Shown here: positions 20,921 to 30,740 of the stretch, piece after piece
How the letters are laid out: each line of letters opens with the position of its first letter
Numbering within the stretch: the first letter of the stretch is position 1
Program-made: the position numbers and the translations under genes
The notes under the pieces: model-generated
What the model was told of the DNA's origin: nothing
Databases searched by the model: none
What the model saw: the letters and a program-made list of their open reading frames with translations, nothing else
Source of the DNA: Sulfolobales archaeon HS-7
GTDB lineage: Archaea; Thermoproteota; Thermoprotei_A; Sulfolobales; Sulfolobaceae
DNA: 64,000 nt
Direction: 5' to 3'
NCBI GenBank assembly: GCA_019704295.1
Contig: AP024596.1
Coordinates: 1,568,001 to 1,632,000 of the forward strand

Positions 20921-22327
20921 ATGCGAAGTTTATATGCAGTGATCATGATTTGCTTTATAATCGGAGGAGCGATAGCAGGTCTTCTGATTTTTCAAGTCTT
21001 CTTACATGAAACTTCTCGGAATATCTCAACATACAACGGAATAACGGAAACTCCATTTAAACATATTGTGATTTTCATATTAGAGAACCACGCCTTTGAC
21101 AACGTGTTTGGGACATACCCCTTCGGTTACCCATTAATAAAGAACGGAATAACCTGTTCTGTCTCACGACCGGTGGGACTTTTTAACCAGACTCTTCCCA
21201 ATGACTTGAACTTAGAACAGGCGAAGAGCGTAATTCTAAAGGACCCAATAGAGGGTTACCTACCTTATCACAAGGATTGGAATCTAGGACTAATGAACGG
21301 ATTTGCGGAATACTCTGGAGCACAATCGCAGGTTTTCCTATCGTATCAACAAGTACCTCTTCTTTGGGATTACGCTGAGGAATACACACTAGCCGACGAT
21401 TACTTTTCCCCAGTTCTTTCAGTTACTCAAGCTAATAGGCTTGCGTACCTCACAGGATATCCCACTGGAGTAGAAAACGACAGTAATCTGAATTCGGCAA
21501 TCAATATAAGCGATACCGTAATGTACCAGTTATCAGAGAACAATATCTCATGGACATATTTCGTATTAAACCGAGAGAGTGGGGTAATCCCTTTCCCATT
21601 AAATTCAATTAGTGGAATTAGACCGTATTCTGATCACATAGTTGATACCTCGCGTTTCTTTTACGATATCTTGAACCACGAATTACCTTCTGTTTCATGG
21701 ATATCGTTCACGGGTGGTAAAGGCTATGACTGTCACTCCATTAATTACGACATGCATCCCCCAGGTAATCTTACATTGGCCCAAATCAACCTTTATAAAT
21801 ACATTAACGCTATAATGAAAAGCAATTACTGGAACGATACGCTAATATTAATAACGTTCGATGAGGGAGGTGGTTTCTTCGATCAAGTGCCACCACCTAT
21901 AATTTTCACTTACGGACTTGGGAAATCGCCATATCTCTCATCGCTAAACTTGTCAAACTACTCAACATTGGGGCAACGAATTCCACTAATTCTAATATCG
22001 GCGTATTCAAGGGAGGGGTGGGTAAATAATTACACTCTCTCTGGTTATAGCATATTGGGGTTCATAGATTACAACTGGCATATGAGATTCATAACTAATA
22101 TCGTCGCCAACTCGGATGTCGCAGGGTTTCTTAATTCGTTCAATTTCTCCAAGCCTAGACCGCCTATTATTCTATCGTATCAAAACTGGACCTATCCGTT
22201 ACCCCTGCAATATCCAATTCATTATGGTTTCATTGCGACCATAGATAATAACTATACTGAGTATTTCGTCCTTTATGAGAGGGGATTTGTAACCGCAACA
22301 GCTCTAAAATATATCGAACATTACTAA
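20921..22327 (+). CDS. Membrane-anchored phosphoesterase (phospholipase C/acid phosphatase AcpA family)
   Basis: KHIVIFILENHAFDNVFG, TQANR, DMHPP, ITFDEGGGFFDQVPPP, GQRIPLILIS. Confidence 0.9.
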   Translation: MRSLYAVIMICFIIGGAIAGLLIFQVFLHETSRNISTYNGITETPFKHIVIFILENHAFDNVFGTYPFGYPLIKNGITCSVSRPVGLFNQTLPNDLNLEQAKSVILKDPIEGYLPYHKDWNLGLMNGFAEYSGAQSQVFLSYQQVPLLWDYAEEYTLADDYFSPVLSVTQANRLAYLTGYPTGVENDSNLNSAINISDTVMYQLSENNISWTYFVLNRESGVIPFPLNSISGIRPYSDHIVDTSRFFYDILNHELPSVSWISFTGGKGYDCHSINYDMHPPGNLTLAQINLYKYINAIMKSNYWNDTLILITFDEGGGFFDQVPPPIIFTYGLGKSPYLSSLNLSNYSTLGQRIPLILISAYSREGWVNNYTLSGYSILGFIDYNWHMRFITNIVANSDVAGFLNSFNFSKPRPPIILSYQNWTYPLPLQYPIHYGFIATIDNNYTEYFVLYERGFVTATALKYIEHY

Positions 22328-22400
22328 CTCCTAGAATATTCTGTTTAGTAAGTCCATATACCTTTTTTACTCTTACTTCAATTAAAACGCGTTAGTAAAA

Positions 22401-23915
22401 TTGACCAATAACGTTGAGGAACTTGGTAAGGGGTTAATGACGAACTACATTAACCTTTTTCGGGGAAGACTAATCTCCCATCTTATAGGAGCGATAGGTA
22501 GCATCCTAATAATAAGGATTCTAGAACCAGAGGATTTTGGAATTCTCTCAATAGCTATGTCAATTCCCTACATAGTGGGAGCTTTCGGAAATCTAGGTGT
22601 TAACACCGCGGTTACCCACTTTACATCAAAACATAAGGCATCCAATCTCGATTACGCGAAAAAGGTAATCGCAAGTGGAATGGTCTTTGACGTACTGTTC
22701 GGTTCGGCTCTAGCTTTAGCAGGATACCTGCTGTCCCCGTTCATCTTTTCCCTGGTATTGAATAAACCCTCAATTACTCCTTATGGCGAATTTGCGAGTA
22801 TTTATACGGTAATTTACTGGAGTTTTAGTTCGACATTTTCCGGATTATTAGGATTAGAATTAACGCATTATAACAGTCGTCTTTGGATAATACACTATTC
22901 GTTTCAAACTTTATCAACAGTAGCCTTAGCAATTGCTTGGTCAAAGATTTACGGGGTGATATTAGGATACGCTTTGAGCTACTTGGTTGTTGTGATTTAC
23001 GGTGCCCTCATATTGAGAAGACAGGGAATCCTTAAGGGAGTATCCCCATCACTAACTGTTCTTATCGAAATGCTTCGTTATAGCCTTCCTCTAACCCTAT
23101 CTTCTGCCATAAACAATGTATTCGGAATATACACCAACTCGTTTGTAAATAGGGTATTAACTATAATCATCATATCAAACCTAAACGCATCATCTAGGAT
23201 AAGCTTCTTTTTCGATACTATATTTAATCCCTTAAGTTACGCTATACAACCGTTATTATCAAAGATGGACAAGACAGACAAGCTCGGAATGAACGTAATG
23301 ATTAATAAGCTGTTTAAACTGAGGTTAATGCTCCAGGTCCCCCTGATCCTAATTATCTTTTCGTTGTCAACGATCGTGATTAACGTGTTAGCAGGTCCGC
23401 AATATGAAAGCGCGTCCTTTCTGTTAAAGCTTTCAATGATAGGTTACCTTATAACATCAGCGTCAGGAGGATCTATCCTGAATTCCCTTCTAATATACCA
23501 GGGGTATACGAAATTTTCCATGAGAATAGGAATACTAAACACTCTAATTTACGCTATACTTGTAACTGGATTAGTAATAAAATTTGGTGTTATTGGATAT
23601 TTTATAGCTGGATGGTTTTATTGGATCCCAGGATATGCTATAACGATGATGTTCGTAACTGAGACATTCAGTTATAAATTTCCTGCAAGACTTGTTTTCG
23701 AAATCTTCGTCATTGGGGGTTCTGTTATGTTCCCTTTAATATTCATTGACTCGTTATTTGGGATTCCAATAGCGATTGGACTTTTACTCTTAGTATTTAA
23801 ACTGTATGTAAGATTTGGTCTTCTGACTAAGGGAGAGATTGAAGTCTTCGTCCATAGCCTTAGGAATTCTGGACTGGGATTCCTCGAAAAACCTTTGCTC
23901 AAACTCCTTTCATGA
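22401..23915 (+). CDS. Wzx/MOP-family oligosaccharide flippase
   Basis: RILEPEDFG, LGVNTA motifs; about 12-14 TMs. Confidence 0.85.
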   Translation: MTNNVEELGKGLMTNYINLFRGRLISHLIGAIGSILIIRILEPEDFGILSIAMSIPYIVGAFGNLGVNTAVTHFTSKHKASNLDYAKKVIASGMVFDVLFGSALALAGYLLSPFIFSLVLNKPSITPYGEFASIYTVIYWSFSSTFSGLLGLELTHYNSRLWIIHYSFQTLSTVALAIAWSKIYGVILGYALSYLVVVIYGALILRRQGILKGVSPSLTVLIEMLRYSLPLTLSSAINNVFGIYTNSFVNRVLTIIIISNLNASSRISFFFDTIFNPLSYAIQPLLSKMDKTDKLGMNVMINKLFKLRLMLQVPLILIIFSLSTIVINVLAGPQYESASFLLKLSMIGYLITSASGGSILNSLLIYQGYTKFSMRIGILNTLIYAILVTGLVIKFGVIGYFIAGWFYWIPGYAITMMFVTETFSYKFPARLVFEIFVIGGSVMFPLIFIDSLFGIPIAIGLLLLVFKLYVRFGLLTKGEIEVFVHSLRNSGLGFLEKPLLKLLS

Positions 23916-24050
23916 ACTACCCTTCCCTACGAATATGGCTTTCCTGCTTCTCATCCCTACTCATAGGCATAAGTTAGAGGTAGAGGGCTAAGCTCGACAA
24001 AAGCAATACCTAATGTCTTAAGTATGTTAAGGAAAGCGCCATTCCCCATG
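23913..24050 (-). mobile_element. Degenerate IS200/IS605 tnpB 3' end and right end
   Basis: Minus strand reads NGAFLNILK (TnpB C-terminal NAAxNI-like), then GAAAGCC...GTAGGGAAGGGTAGTTCA, resembling Sulfolobales IS605 right ends (from recall). Confidence 0.5.
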
Positions 24051-24751
24051 TTTGTAATCTAGATGCAATATCGGATACACGTTCTAACGACGTTAGAACT
24101 TAACGTAACCGTGCTTCGCGCTAGTCGTTTAAGCACGCGGAATTAACTAGGAAGAGATTCTTATCGTATTTTTCGAGTTAATACTCCATAATATTCCTAA
24201 GCTCTTAGAGAACGAAATCGTGAAATCTCAGTTTATTGAGGGACTTAGCGACAAGCTATCTTAGGTGTTCGTGGGATCTTGCGAGTTCTGGCGATTCATA
24301 TGCCGATTGAAAATCGCTATATTTCATGTAAATAATGATAATTTAATGAAGAAATTAATGCGTATATTTCTGCCAAAACGAGAAGAATAAAGAGTTATGT
24401 AATATTATGTAGGTAAGTACGAGAGGAATTGGAGCGAGTAATATGAGAGCGTCATAACACGAGTTAATGTTTCCCTTCTACGTCTCTAACCACTTGTGGG
24501 GCAGGAAGAGAATAGAAACGTTAAGAGTGAGTATAAGGCTATAAAGGAGCTCAAGGACTTCCTAGTATTTATGCACACACCTACTAGATAAGGTTATGAA
24601 ATACTCAGGACGTTAGGGAGAGTCAAGAGAATCCTAACGCGTATGAGTTAATAAAAGCCTGAAAATACTGGCTCACTTAAAGCAACTCTCCTAACATATT
24701 GCTATGCCAGATTTTTATAGATACCTAATGATAGAGGAGCTAACTTAGGAA

Positions 24752-25135
24752 CTACGAGAACCTGTTAGCTAACACTGCCACCAATATTATAACTGCCGGA
24801 TTGTCATCAGCTACATCATCTGGATGTGACGACTCTATGAAAGCCCAAACTAACTTTACAACAAACGCTATAATGAAAACTCCCAAATAGATGTTATTTA
24901 ATCCGGACAGCGTAGCTTCATTCTTCTTTTTCATAAGGAAGTAAAGGAGTATACCAACAATTCCCAATATTACCACAATGTCGTCCACAGCAAGGGGGGA
25001 TTGTTGTGGATTTCTAAAGCAATACCAGAACCGAAAACTAAGAGTATTATTGAAGAAAATAGGAAAACTCTCCGTATTGAGATTAGTTTTTCCTACTTTT
25101 GCGTACGAATCCAAATCCTTAAGAGCTTCTGACAT
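24752..25135 (-). CDS. Small membrane protein, possibly with a frameshifted internal segment
   Basis: Hydrophobic helices with DD motifs (AVDD, PDDVADD); a further TM-like peptide lies in the +1 frame. Confidence 0.55.
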   Translation of the reverse strand: MSEALKDLDSYAKVGKTNLNTESFPIFFNNTLSFRFWYCFRNPQQSPLAVDDIVVILGIVGILLYFLMKKKNEATLSGLNNIYLGVFIIAFVVKLVWAFIESSHPDDVADDNPAVIILVAVLANRFS

Positions 25136-25742
25136 AAAAACTTTCCGAAAGTTTTACTTTGTTGTATTGTTTGTACATAGAATTATATTCAACAAAGATT
25201 ATTGCAATTCGCAAAGACCGAGCTCTCCTGCGAGTTTCACCTTTACCCTAAACCAATTCTTAGAGTGCATACTTAGAGTATGCAAAGAATGTACTTGAGG
25301 GAATCAAATTAGCCAAGCACTTACTGGAAGTGAGAAAGTAAAGGAGATAAAAACAATGTGATTTCAAACGCCCGAAAACCACGTACTATTAACCACACTT
25401 ATGCGTGAATAACGAATATAGTTAGAGATATTAGACGCCCAAACCCTAACTTTTAGTAGCCGCGGCCTAGACCCAGCAGTTGAGGGGGCTATCGCGAATG
25501 AGGTAACCTCGATAAAGGGTTTAAGGATAATTTCTCCTCGCTGAGACGAACAATTCCGCTAGCCCAGATTTTATGAAACATGTAAAAACTTACGGGAAGC
25601 TGTACTAACGAAGCTGACGAGTTTAGAGAACACACTGTAATAGGCCTTGCGAGCCTACTGGTCCTTCTTCGCATGTCGTAGATTGAAACGCCCAATAGTC
25701 AATCTCAACTAATACTATGCATGAAGTTCGATCTAAATATTA

Positions 25743-26852
25743 TTAAACACCCCCCTTAGAGATAAAGCCCTCTAGAATCGAATGAAAGGAATCAACTACA
25801 TTATCCCAGGAAAATTTTCTACCACACTCTTCCGCATCTTTTCTTGCTTCAAGAGAATCACCTAATAATTCTAAAGCTCTTTCTGCCAGACCTTCTTTGT
25901 CACCCACATTAACCAACTTCACAGCATCACAATTTCCAAAGTAATATTTCAAAGCTGGTATGTTATATCCTACAACTGGAAGTCCATTATATAACGATTC
26001 CGCAACGGTCAATCCAAACGTATCGAGTTTGGATGGGTAGATCAGTACTCCTGAGCTTGCCATTAGGGAATAAAGTTTCTCCCTATTTGTTATATTTCCT
26101 AAATAACTTATGTCGTTGTTCATTCCTAGATTGAAGCCAAAGTCCAAAGGCCCAGCAATTGCGAATCTGTAGAAACCATTTTCTTTTAAATATTTCATCA
26201 CGTATATTGCATCCGGCGTCCCTTTCACCTCTCCGAGACGCGCAACGTGAATAGCATCGTATGATATTCCCCTGATTTTCTCTACCTTTTCCTCGCTAAC
26301 TCCACCGGGAGGATCTAAAGGTTCGCACTCTATCCCAAACTTCGCCCTGATTTCCTCCTGGAGTATTTTTCCAGCGCATATGTTTCTAGTGCTTTTTTTA
26401 ACGTATTTGTACGTTGACATTACATTATTCAACCAAACTAACCCTTCGATAGGATTAGTTGTCTTTGCCATTTTTAAATAGAGCCTTATAAGAGGAAACT
26501 CTATGTACGGCATTGAATATAATATGTTAACGGAGTTTTGAGTTCTGAAACCTATAACGAAATCGTAATTCTTTGAGATTGCTGATAAAATCCTTTGCAT
26601 TTCCGTACGCTTGAAAAAGAAAAGGAAGCTCCTGCCAGTAAAGTTCTTCTTATATTTCAGCCTTATTTCCGAGTGAGAGTGTGCAGACTCTATTACCCCA
26701 TTTATTGAGGAGAGTCCCTTCTCATCCTGCAGTAGAAACTCTAAAATGTCGAAATCTATACCGTGATCTTTACCCCTCTTAATTAGTTCCGAAATGGTCG
26801 TCGTTGCACCTGACGTAGGTGGATCCCCTATGGAAACGTAAAGGACTCTCAT
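25743..26852 (-). CDS. GT4 glycosyltransferase
   Basis: HVARLGEVKG, YPSKLDTFGLTVAESL; ATG 26852 preferred. Confidence 0.9.
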   Translation of the reverse strand: MRVLYVSIGDPPTSGATTTISELIKRGKDHGIDFDILEFLLQDEKGLSSINGVIESAHSHSEIRLKYKKNFTGRSFLFFFKRTEMQRILSAISKNYDFVIGFRTQNSVNILYSMPYIEFPLIRLYLKMAKTTNPIEGLVWLNNVMSTYKYVKKSTRNICAGKILQEEIRAKFGIECEPLDPPGGVSEEKVEKIRGISYDAIHVARLGEVKGTPDAIYVMKYLKENGFYRFAIAGPLDFGFNLGMNNDISYLGNITNREKLYSLMASSGVLIYPSKLDTFGLTVAESLYNGLPVVGYNIPALKYYFGNCDAVKLVNVGDKEGLAERALELLGDSLEARKDAEECGRKFSWDNVVDSFHSILEGFISKGGV

Positions 26853-27012
26853 ATGAGGACTACTATAAAATCGGCTTATATTATAAGTAGTATTTTCCAT
26901 GTATCTTCATCTATACTTTTTCCCTTAACATTTGTGAACCATGGGACTAATAGAAAACTTCCTCTCTCCGTTAGCCAAAGTTTTTAACTAAGCAGACGTA
27001 ATAGCTAACGTA

Positions 27013-27942
27013 ATGTGCCTACCAAAAGTAAGTATAGTAATTCCTACATTGAATTCCGAAAAAATGATTAGTAAAACGCTAGATTCACTATCCCTTCTAG
27101 ATTACGAGAATGTCGAGATAGTGATCATTGACGGTAGATCGACAGACGGAACCCTCGAAATAGTAAAGAATAAGGCTGTTGGCGACGACGTAAGGATGAT
27201 AATTGAACCTAAACGAGGAAGAGGTATAGCGTATAACAGGGGAATCAAGGAAAGTAATGGGAAATACGTGGCGTTTCTAGATAGCGATGCAAAGATAGGT
27301 TCAAGTTTGTGGATTAAAAACGCCGTTAAAGTAATGGAAGATAATGAAAAAGTCGCTGTCGTATTTACTAAGGTTTACTCTCCAACGGACTCAAGCTTCA
27401 TGCAAAAGTCCATTGATACGTTTCTGTGTAAGGGTTTCACCACCGCTAACGGAGCTGTCTACAGAAAAAGCGCCGTAGTAGAGGCAGGAGGGTTTAACAC
27501 GAGTATGAATTACATGCAGGAGGACGAACTCTTAAATAAACTCGAAAAATTAGGCTATCTCTACAAAGTTAATACCTCCGATGAAATCCTACATTATCAT
27601 CGCAATTCTATAATTGGATATATAAAACAGAACGTACAGGCAGCAAAAGGTGCGCTAGCGTATTTTAGGGCAACTAAGAGGAAGTGGATTTTAAAAGATG
27701 CGCTCTTGAGAGTCGCTTCGTTTTCAGGACTTATGGCCCTTCTGGCGTTATTAATGTATTTTAGAGACTTTAAGATTTTAATCCTGTCACTAATAACATT
27801 ATATCTAGGTACCACCTACTTAGTTAATAGTAAAACGTGCGAACGTTACAAATTTTCTAAATATGTATTGACGTCGCCTGTATTCATCTTTCTCTCATTA
27901 GTCGGATATGTGTTCGGACTTTTACAGGTGATTCTTACATGA
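27013..27942 (+). CDS. GT2 glycosyltransferase with C-terminal TMs
   Basis: IPTLN, DGRSTD, FLDSD, QEDEL. Confidence 0.9.
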   Translation: MCLPKVSIVIPTLNSEKMISKTLDSLSLLDYENVEIVIIDGRSTDGTLEIVKNKAVGDDVRMIIEPKRGRGIAYNRGIKESNGKYVAFLDSDAKIGSSLWIKNAVKVMEDNEKVAVVFTKVYSPTDSSFMQKSIDTFLCKGFTTANGAVYRKSAVVEAGGFNTSMNYMQEDELLNKLEKLGYLYKVNTSDEILHYHRNSIIGYIKQNVQAAKGALAYFRATKRKWILKDALLRVASFSGLMALLALLMYFRDFKILILSLITLYLGTTYLVNSKTCERYKFSKYVLTSPVFIFLSLVGYVFGLLQVILT

Positions 27943-28610
27943 ACGTTCAGAGCGTTAATGCATTAGTTTCCCAATACAAGGCGATCTACTCCTCTTATAC
28001 CCATAGCCTTTACACGACGGAACTGATCGTATCTGTTCTCGCCATGACCTTTCCTGGGGTTATTTTACTTATATTATTGTTCTATAAGAAGAGCATTACC
28101 TCTATCTACAACGAGATTTGGTTTAGAATAAACAGGAGGGCATTAATCACCGAATATAAAAAGCAAGACAATGGTGTAATTTACGGGATAGTCCTTGGAT
28201 TAATTATTGTTGCATCCCTAGCTTCGTTTGGTTACCTTTACTCCACAGGTTTCCAGAAGGAACCTTTTTCATATATGTTAATGCTCAATGAAGAAGGTGT
28301 TGTTGGAGGTTACCCGTCATACGTGCTAGCCGGAAGTAACGTGTCATTTCTGCTGCAGATTGGAAACCATGAAGGCGTTCCGATGCTTTACATGCTCACA
28401 ATCACTCTGTTGAATTCGACTTATAATCAAACGTTACTATCACTATACCGTATTCTATACCCTGAGGGAAATTACACATTCCCTATATCCATCTCCATCC
28501 AGTATCCCGGTCAATACAAGATAGTTGCTAAACTCTACGACTTTAACCTTACTTCAAACTCATTTAAGTTTGACGGAGTTTTTAATCAGTTCCTTATAAC
28601 GGTTAAGTAG
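27939..28610 (+). CDS. DUF1616-like C-terminal (extracellular) module
   Basis: EPFSYMLML..G..GGYP...GNHEG resembles DUF1616 C-terminal motif. Confidence 0.65.
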   Translation: MNVQSVNALVSQYKAIYSSYTHSLYTTELIVSVLAMTFPGVILLILLFYKKSITSIYNEIWFRINRRALITEYKKQDNGVIYGIVLGLIIVASLASFGYLYSTGFQKEPFSYMLMLNEEGVVGGYPSYVLAGSNVSFLLQIGNHEGVPMLYMLTITLLNSTYNQTLLSLYRILYPEGNYTFPISISIQYPGQYKIVAKLYDFNLTSNSFKFDGVFNQFLITVK

Positions 28611-28680
28611 GGGATCGCCAATTAGTTTTGAGACTATTTCAGGAAAACTTATAGCTTCAGAAAATAACTGTAACGGGTTA

Positions 28681-29200
28681 ATGAGAAAGATTGAAATAAC
28701 TAAACATGTCTCATATGAACAGCTTCTAAAGCTTTACTCTAAGGAGGATAGCGGAAAACTGAAACTAAGACTCCTTATAATAGTTATGCTTTATGAGGGG
28801 AGGACTGAGGTTGAGATATCCTCCTCAATAAAGGTTTCAAGACCAACCATAAGGAAATGGTTAAAGAGGTGGAATACTCAAGGGTATAAGGGATTAACAG
28901 ACAAACCGCGTGAGAGGAAAATCCCTAAGGGAAGTAAGTGAGGCCGCTTATTACAAAATGTAACCTCTTAGACCCAAAAATTCCCAATGTTAGATATGCA
29001 GGAATTTTCCGGTTTGGGGAAAATCAGCCCAGCCTTATACTTAGTCGGACCTTGAGGATCAAGGGAAAATCTATCATTGGGCACAATATAACACGTCTAA
29101 CTCTGCGGAAAACTAGGAATTATACTTTCGAAGGTTTATCATATACAAACTAATGGCCTTGGTTTTTTAAAGTCTGACAAAGCATAATGAAAAGCGAGGG
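28681..29200 (+). mobile_element. IS630-family transposase remnant
   Basis: HTH segment RLLIIVMLYEG...VSRPTIRKWLKRWN..GYKGLTDKPR, followed by out-of-frame DDE-region-like fragments; end approximate. Confidence 0.7.
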
Positions 29201-29624
29201 AGAGATTGTGCCAATTCCTGATTGTTGCGATGAATCACACCCTCATAAACTAAGGGGATACATCAATGATCTAACGAATATTGACTTTTATCTTAACGAT
29301 GTTCACGAACGTTAAGGTTACTCCTTATGAACTGCTACTCCATGATTGCTACATTCCCATTTGCCTTAGAAGGGGTAGAGAACTGCCCTAAGAGGTTTGT
29401 TAAGCTGCATGTCTAACTCGGCATGCGTGCGCTATAGAAATGTTTCGATAGGAAATACAGAGGAATTGGATAGGTGTTAGCTTCTATAATCGCTTGAACT
29501 TCTATATATATAAGTTATGACGATATGTATTGGGAAACATTAGAATTATGTGTATAGGATTTAGCTCTAAACAAATAGAAGATCCGAAATCCTTTTATAT
29601 AATTTCCCACTAGAGTTTTCCGCA

Positions 29625-30740
29625 ATGGAGGAAAAAAGGAGGCAATTCATAAAATATGCCGTGACGGGGATAGGAGCAGGAGTGACTATCCCCTTAGTTG
29701 AAAAGATGAAAATCCAAGGAGTTAAGAGTTCTCCAGCTCAATTTCTAGGTGGATTCGATATAGTAGTATATGGAAGTCCCTCGACGGGATATACAGCGGT
29801 AACTAGCAGTGGAACTATAATATTTCAAGGCAACTGCTCTCAAGGAAGCGGAACTTGCGGTATATATGAGGCAATTGATTACGCTGTAAATCATGGATAT
29901 GGAAGAGTGGCACTTTTGGGTCAATTCTATCCTACTAGCTCGCCCTCACAGTTCCCAAATTACGAAGCTACGGTGGATGGTAATGCGGTAGTTTACGCCT
30001 CAGGGAGTAGCCTTCTAATGTGCATGTGGCTATATAATTATACATCGAATTCGATAAGAATCCAATGGTACGAGAAGGCAGGAGTTTTAAATTCGATCCT
30101 ATTGAGAAGACCTTCGTTCTCCCAGAATCCATATGTAATATTCGATACACCCGCAGAATCATTATTTTTTTCCAACGGTCAACAGGCTTTGGGTACCCCA
30201 TCATCCTTTTCTATCTCGGCTTGGGTATACGGTCAGGGTAACAATAACGGTGGCTATATTTTGACTTACGGTTCTCTAGAAAAGGGGAAAATATGGTCGT
30301 TATATATGGGGTGGGGAAATGTGTATTTCAGTGGTATTTCCTCATCAATACCGAGCGTTCCCTTCCATGTCGCCGTAACGTGTAGTAACGGAATTTGTGA
30401 TCTATATGTTAATGGCGGGTTGGCGTCTTCAGGAACAGTATCAATGGACTACTCAATCTCCCCCGCCTACCTGTGGATTGGAAACTTTCCAATTCAGAAC
30501 CAGCAATCCGGAATATTACCTATAAATGGTAGAGCAGTTATAGAAAATGTACAGATATATTCCGAAGCTCTGTCATCATCGCAGATAGGAACACTTGCGT
30601 CAACCCCAATGCAAGATCCTATAGATTACGGTTCTCTGATTTTCTGGGCTCTTTACAGAGGTATATTCTACGTCGGAGATCTCGTCACAGGTAAGGGATT
30701 CCAGAGGATGGGAGCACTCCTAAAGAGTGGGGTGTTTTAG
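29625..30740 (+). CDS. Tat-exported protein with LamG/concanavalin-A-like domain
   Basis: KRRQFIK twin-arginine signal; FSISAWV, HVAVT, LYVNG, IENVQIYSEALS. Confidence 0.82.
   Translation: MEEKRRQFIKYAVTGIGAGVTIPLVEKMKIQGVKSSPAQFLGGFDIVVYGSPSTGYTAVTSSGTIIFQGNCSQGSGTCGIYEAIDYAVNHGYGRVALLGQFYPTSSPSQFPNYEATVDGNAVVYASGSSLLMCMWLYNYTSNSIRIQWYEKAGVLNSILLRRPSFSQNPYVIFDTPAESLFFSNGQQALGTPSSFSISAWVYGQGNNNGGYILTYGSLEKGKIWSLYMGWGNVYFSGISSSIPSVPFHVAVTCSNGICDLYVNGGLASSGTVSMDYSISPAYLWIGNFPIQNQQSGILPINGRAVIENVQIYSEALSSSQIGTLASTPMQDPIDYGSLIFWALYRGIFYVGDLVTGKGFQRMGALLKSGVF

Noticed and set aside
28938-29153. Independent 71-aa gene
   Set aside because: Better explained as a fragment of the IS630 remnant
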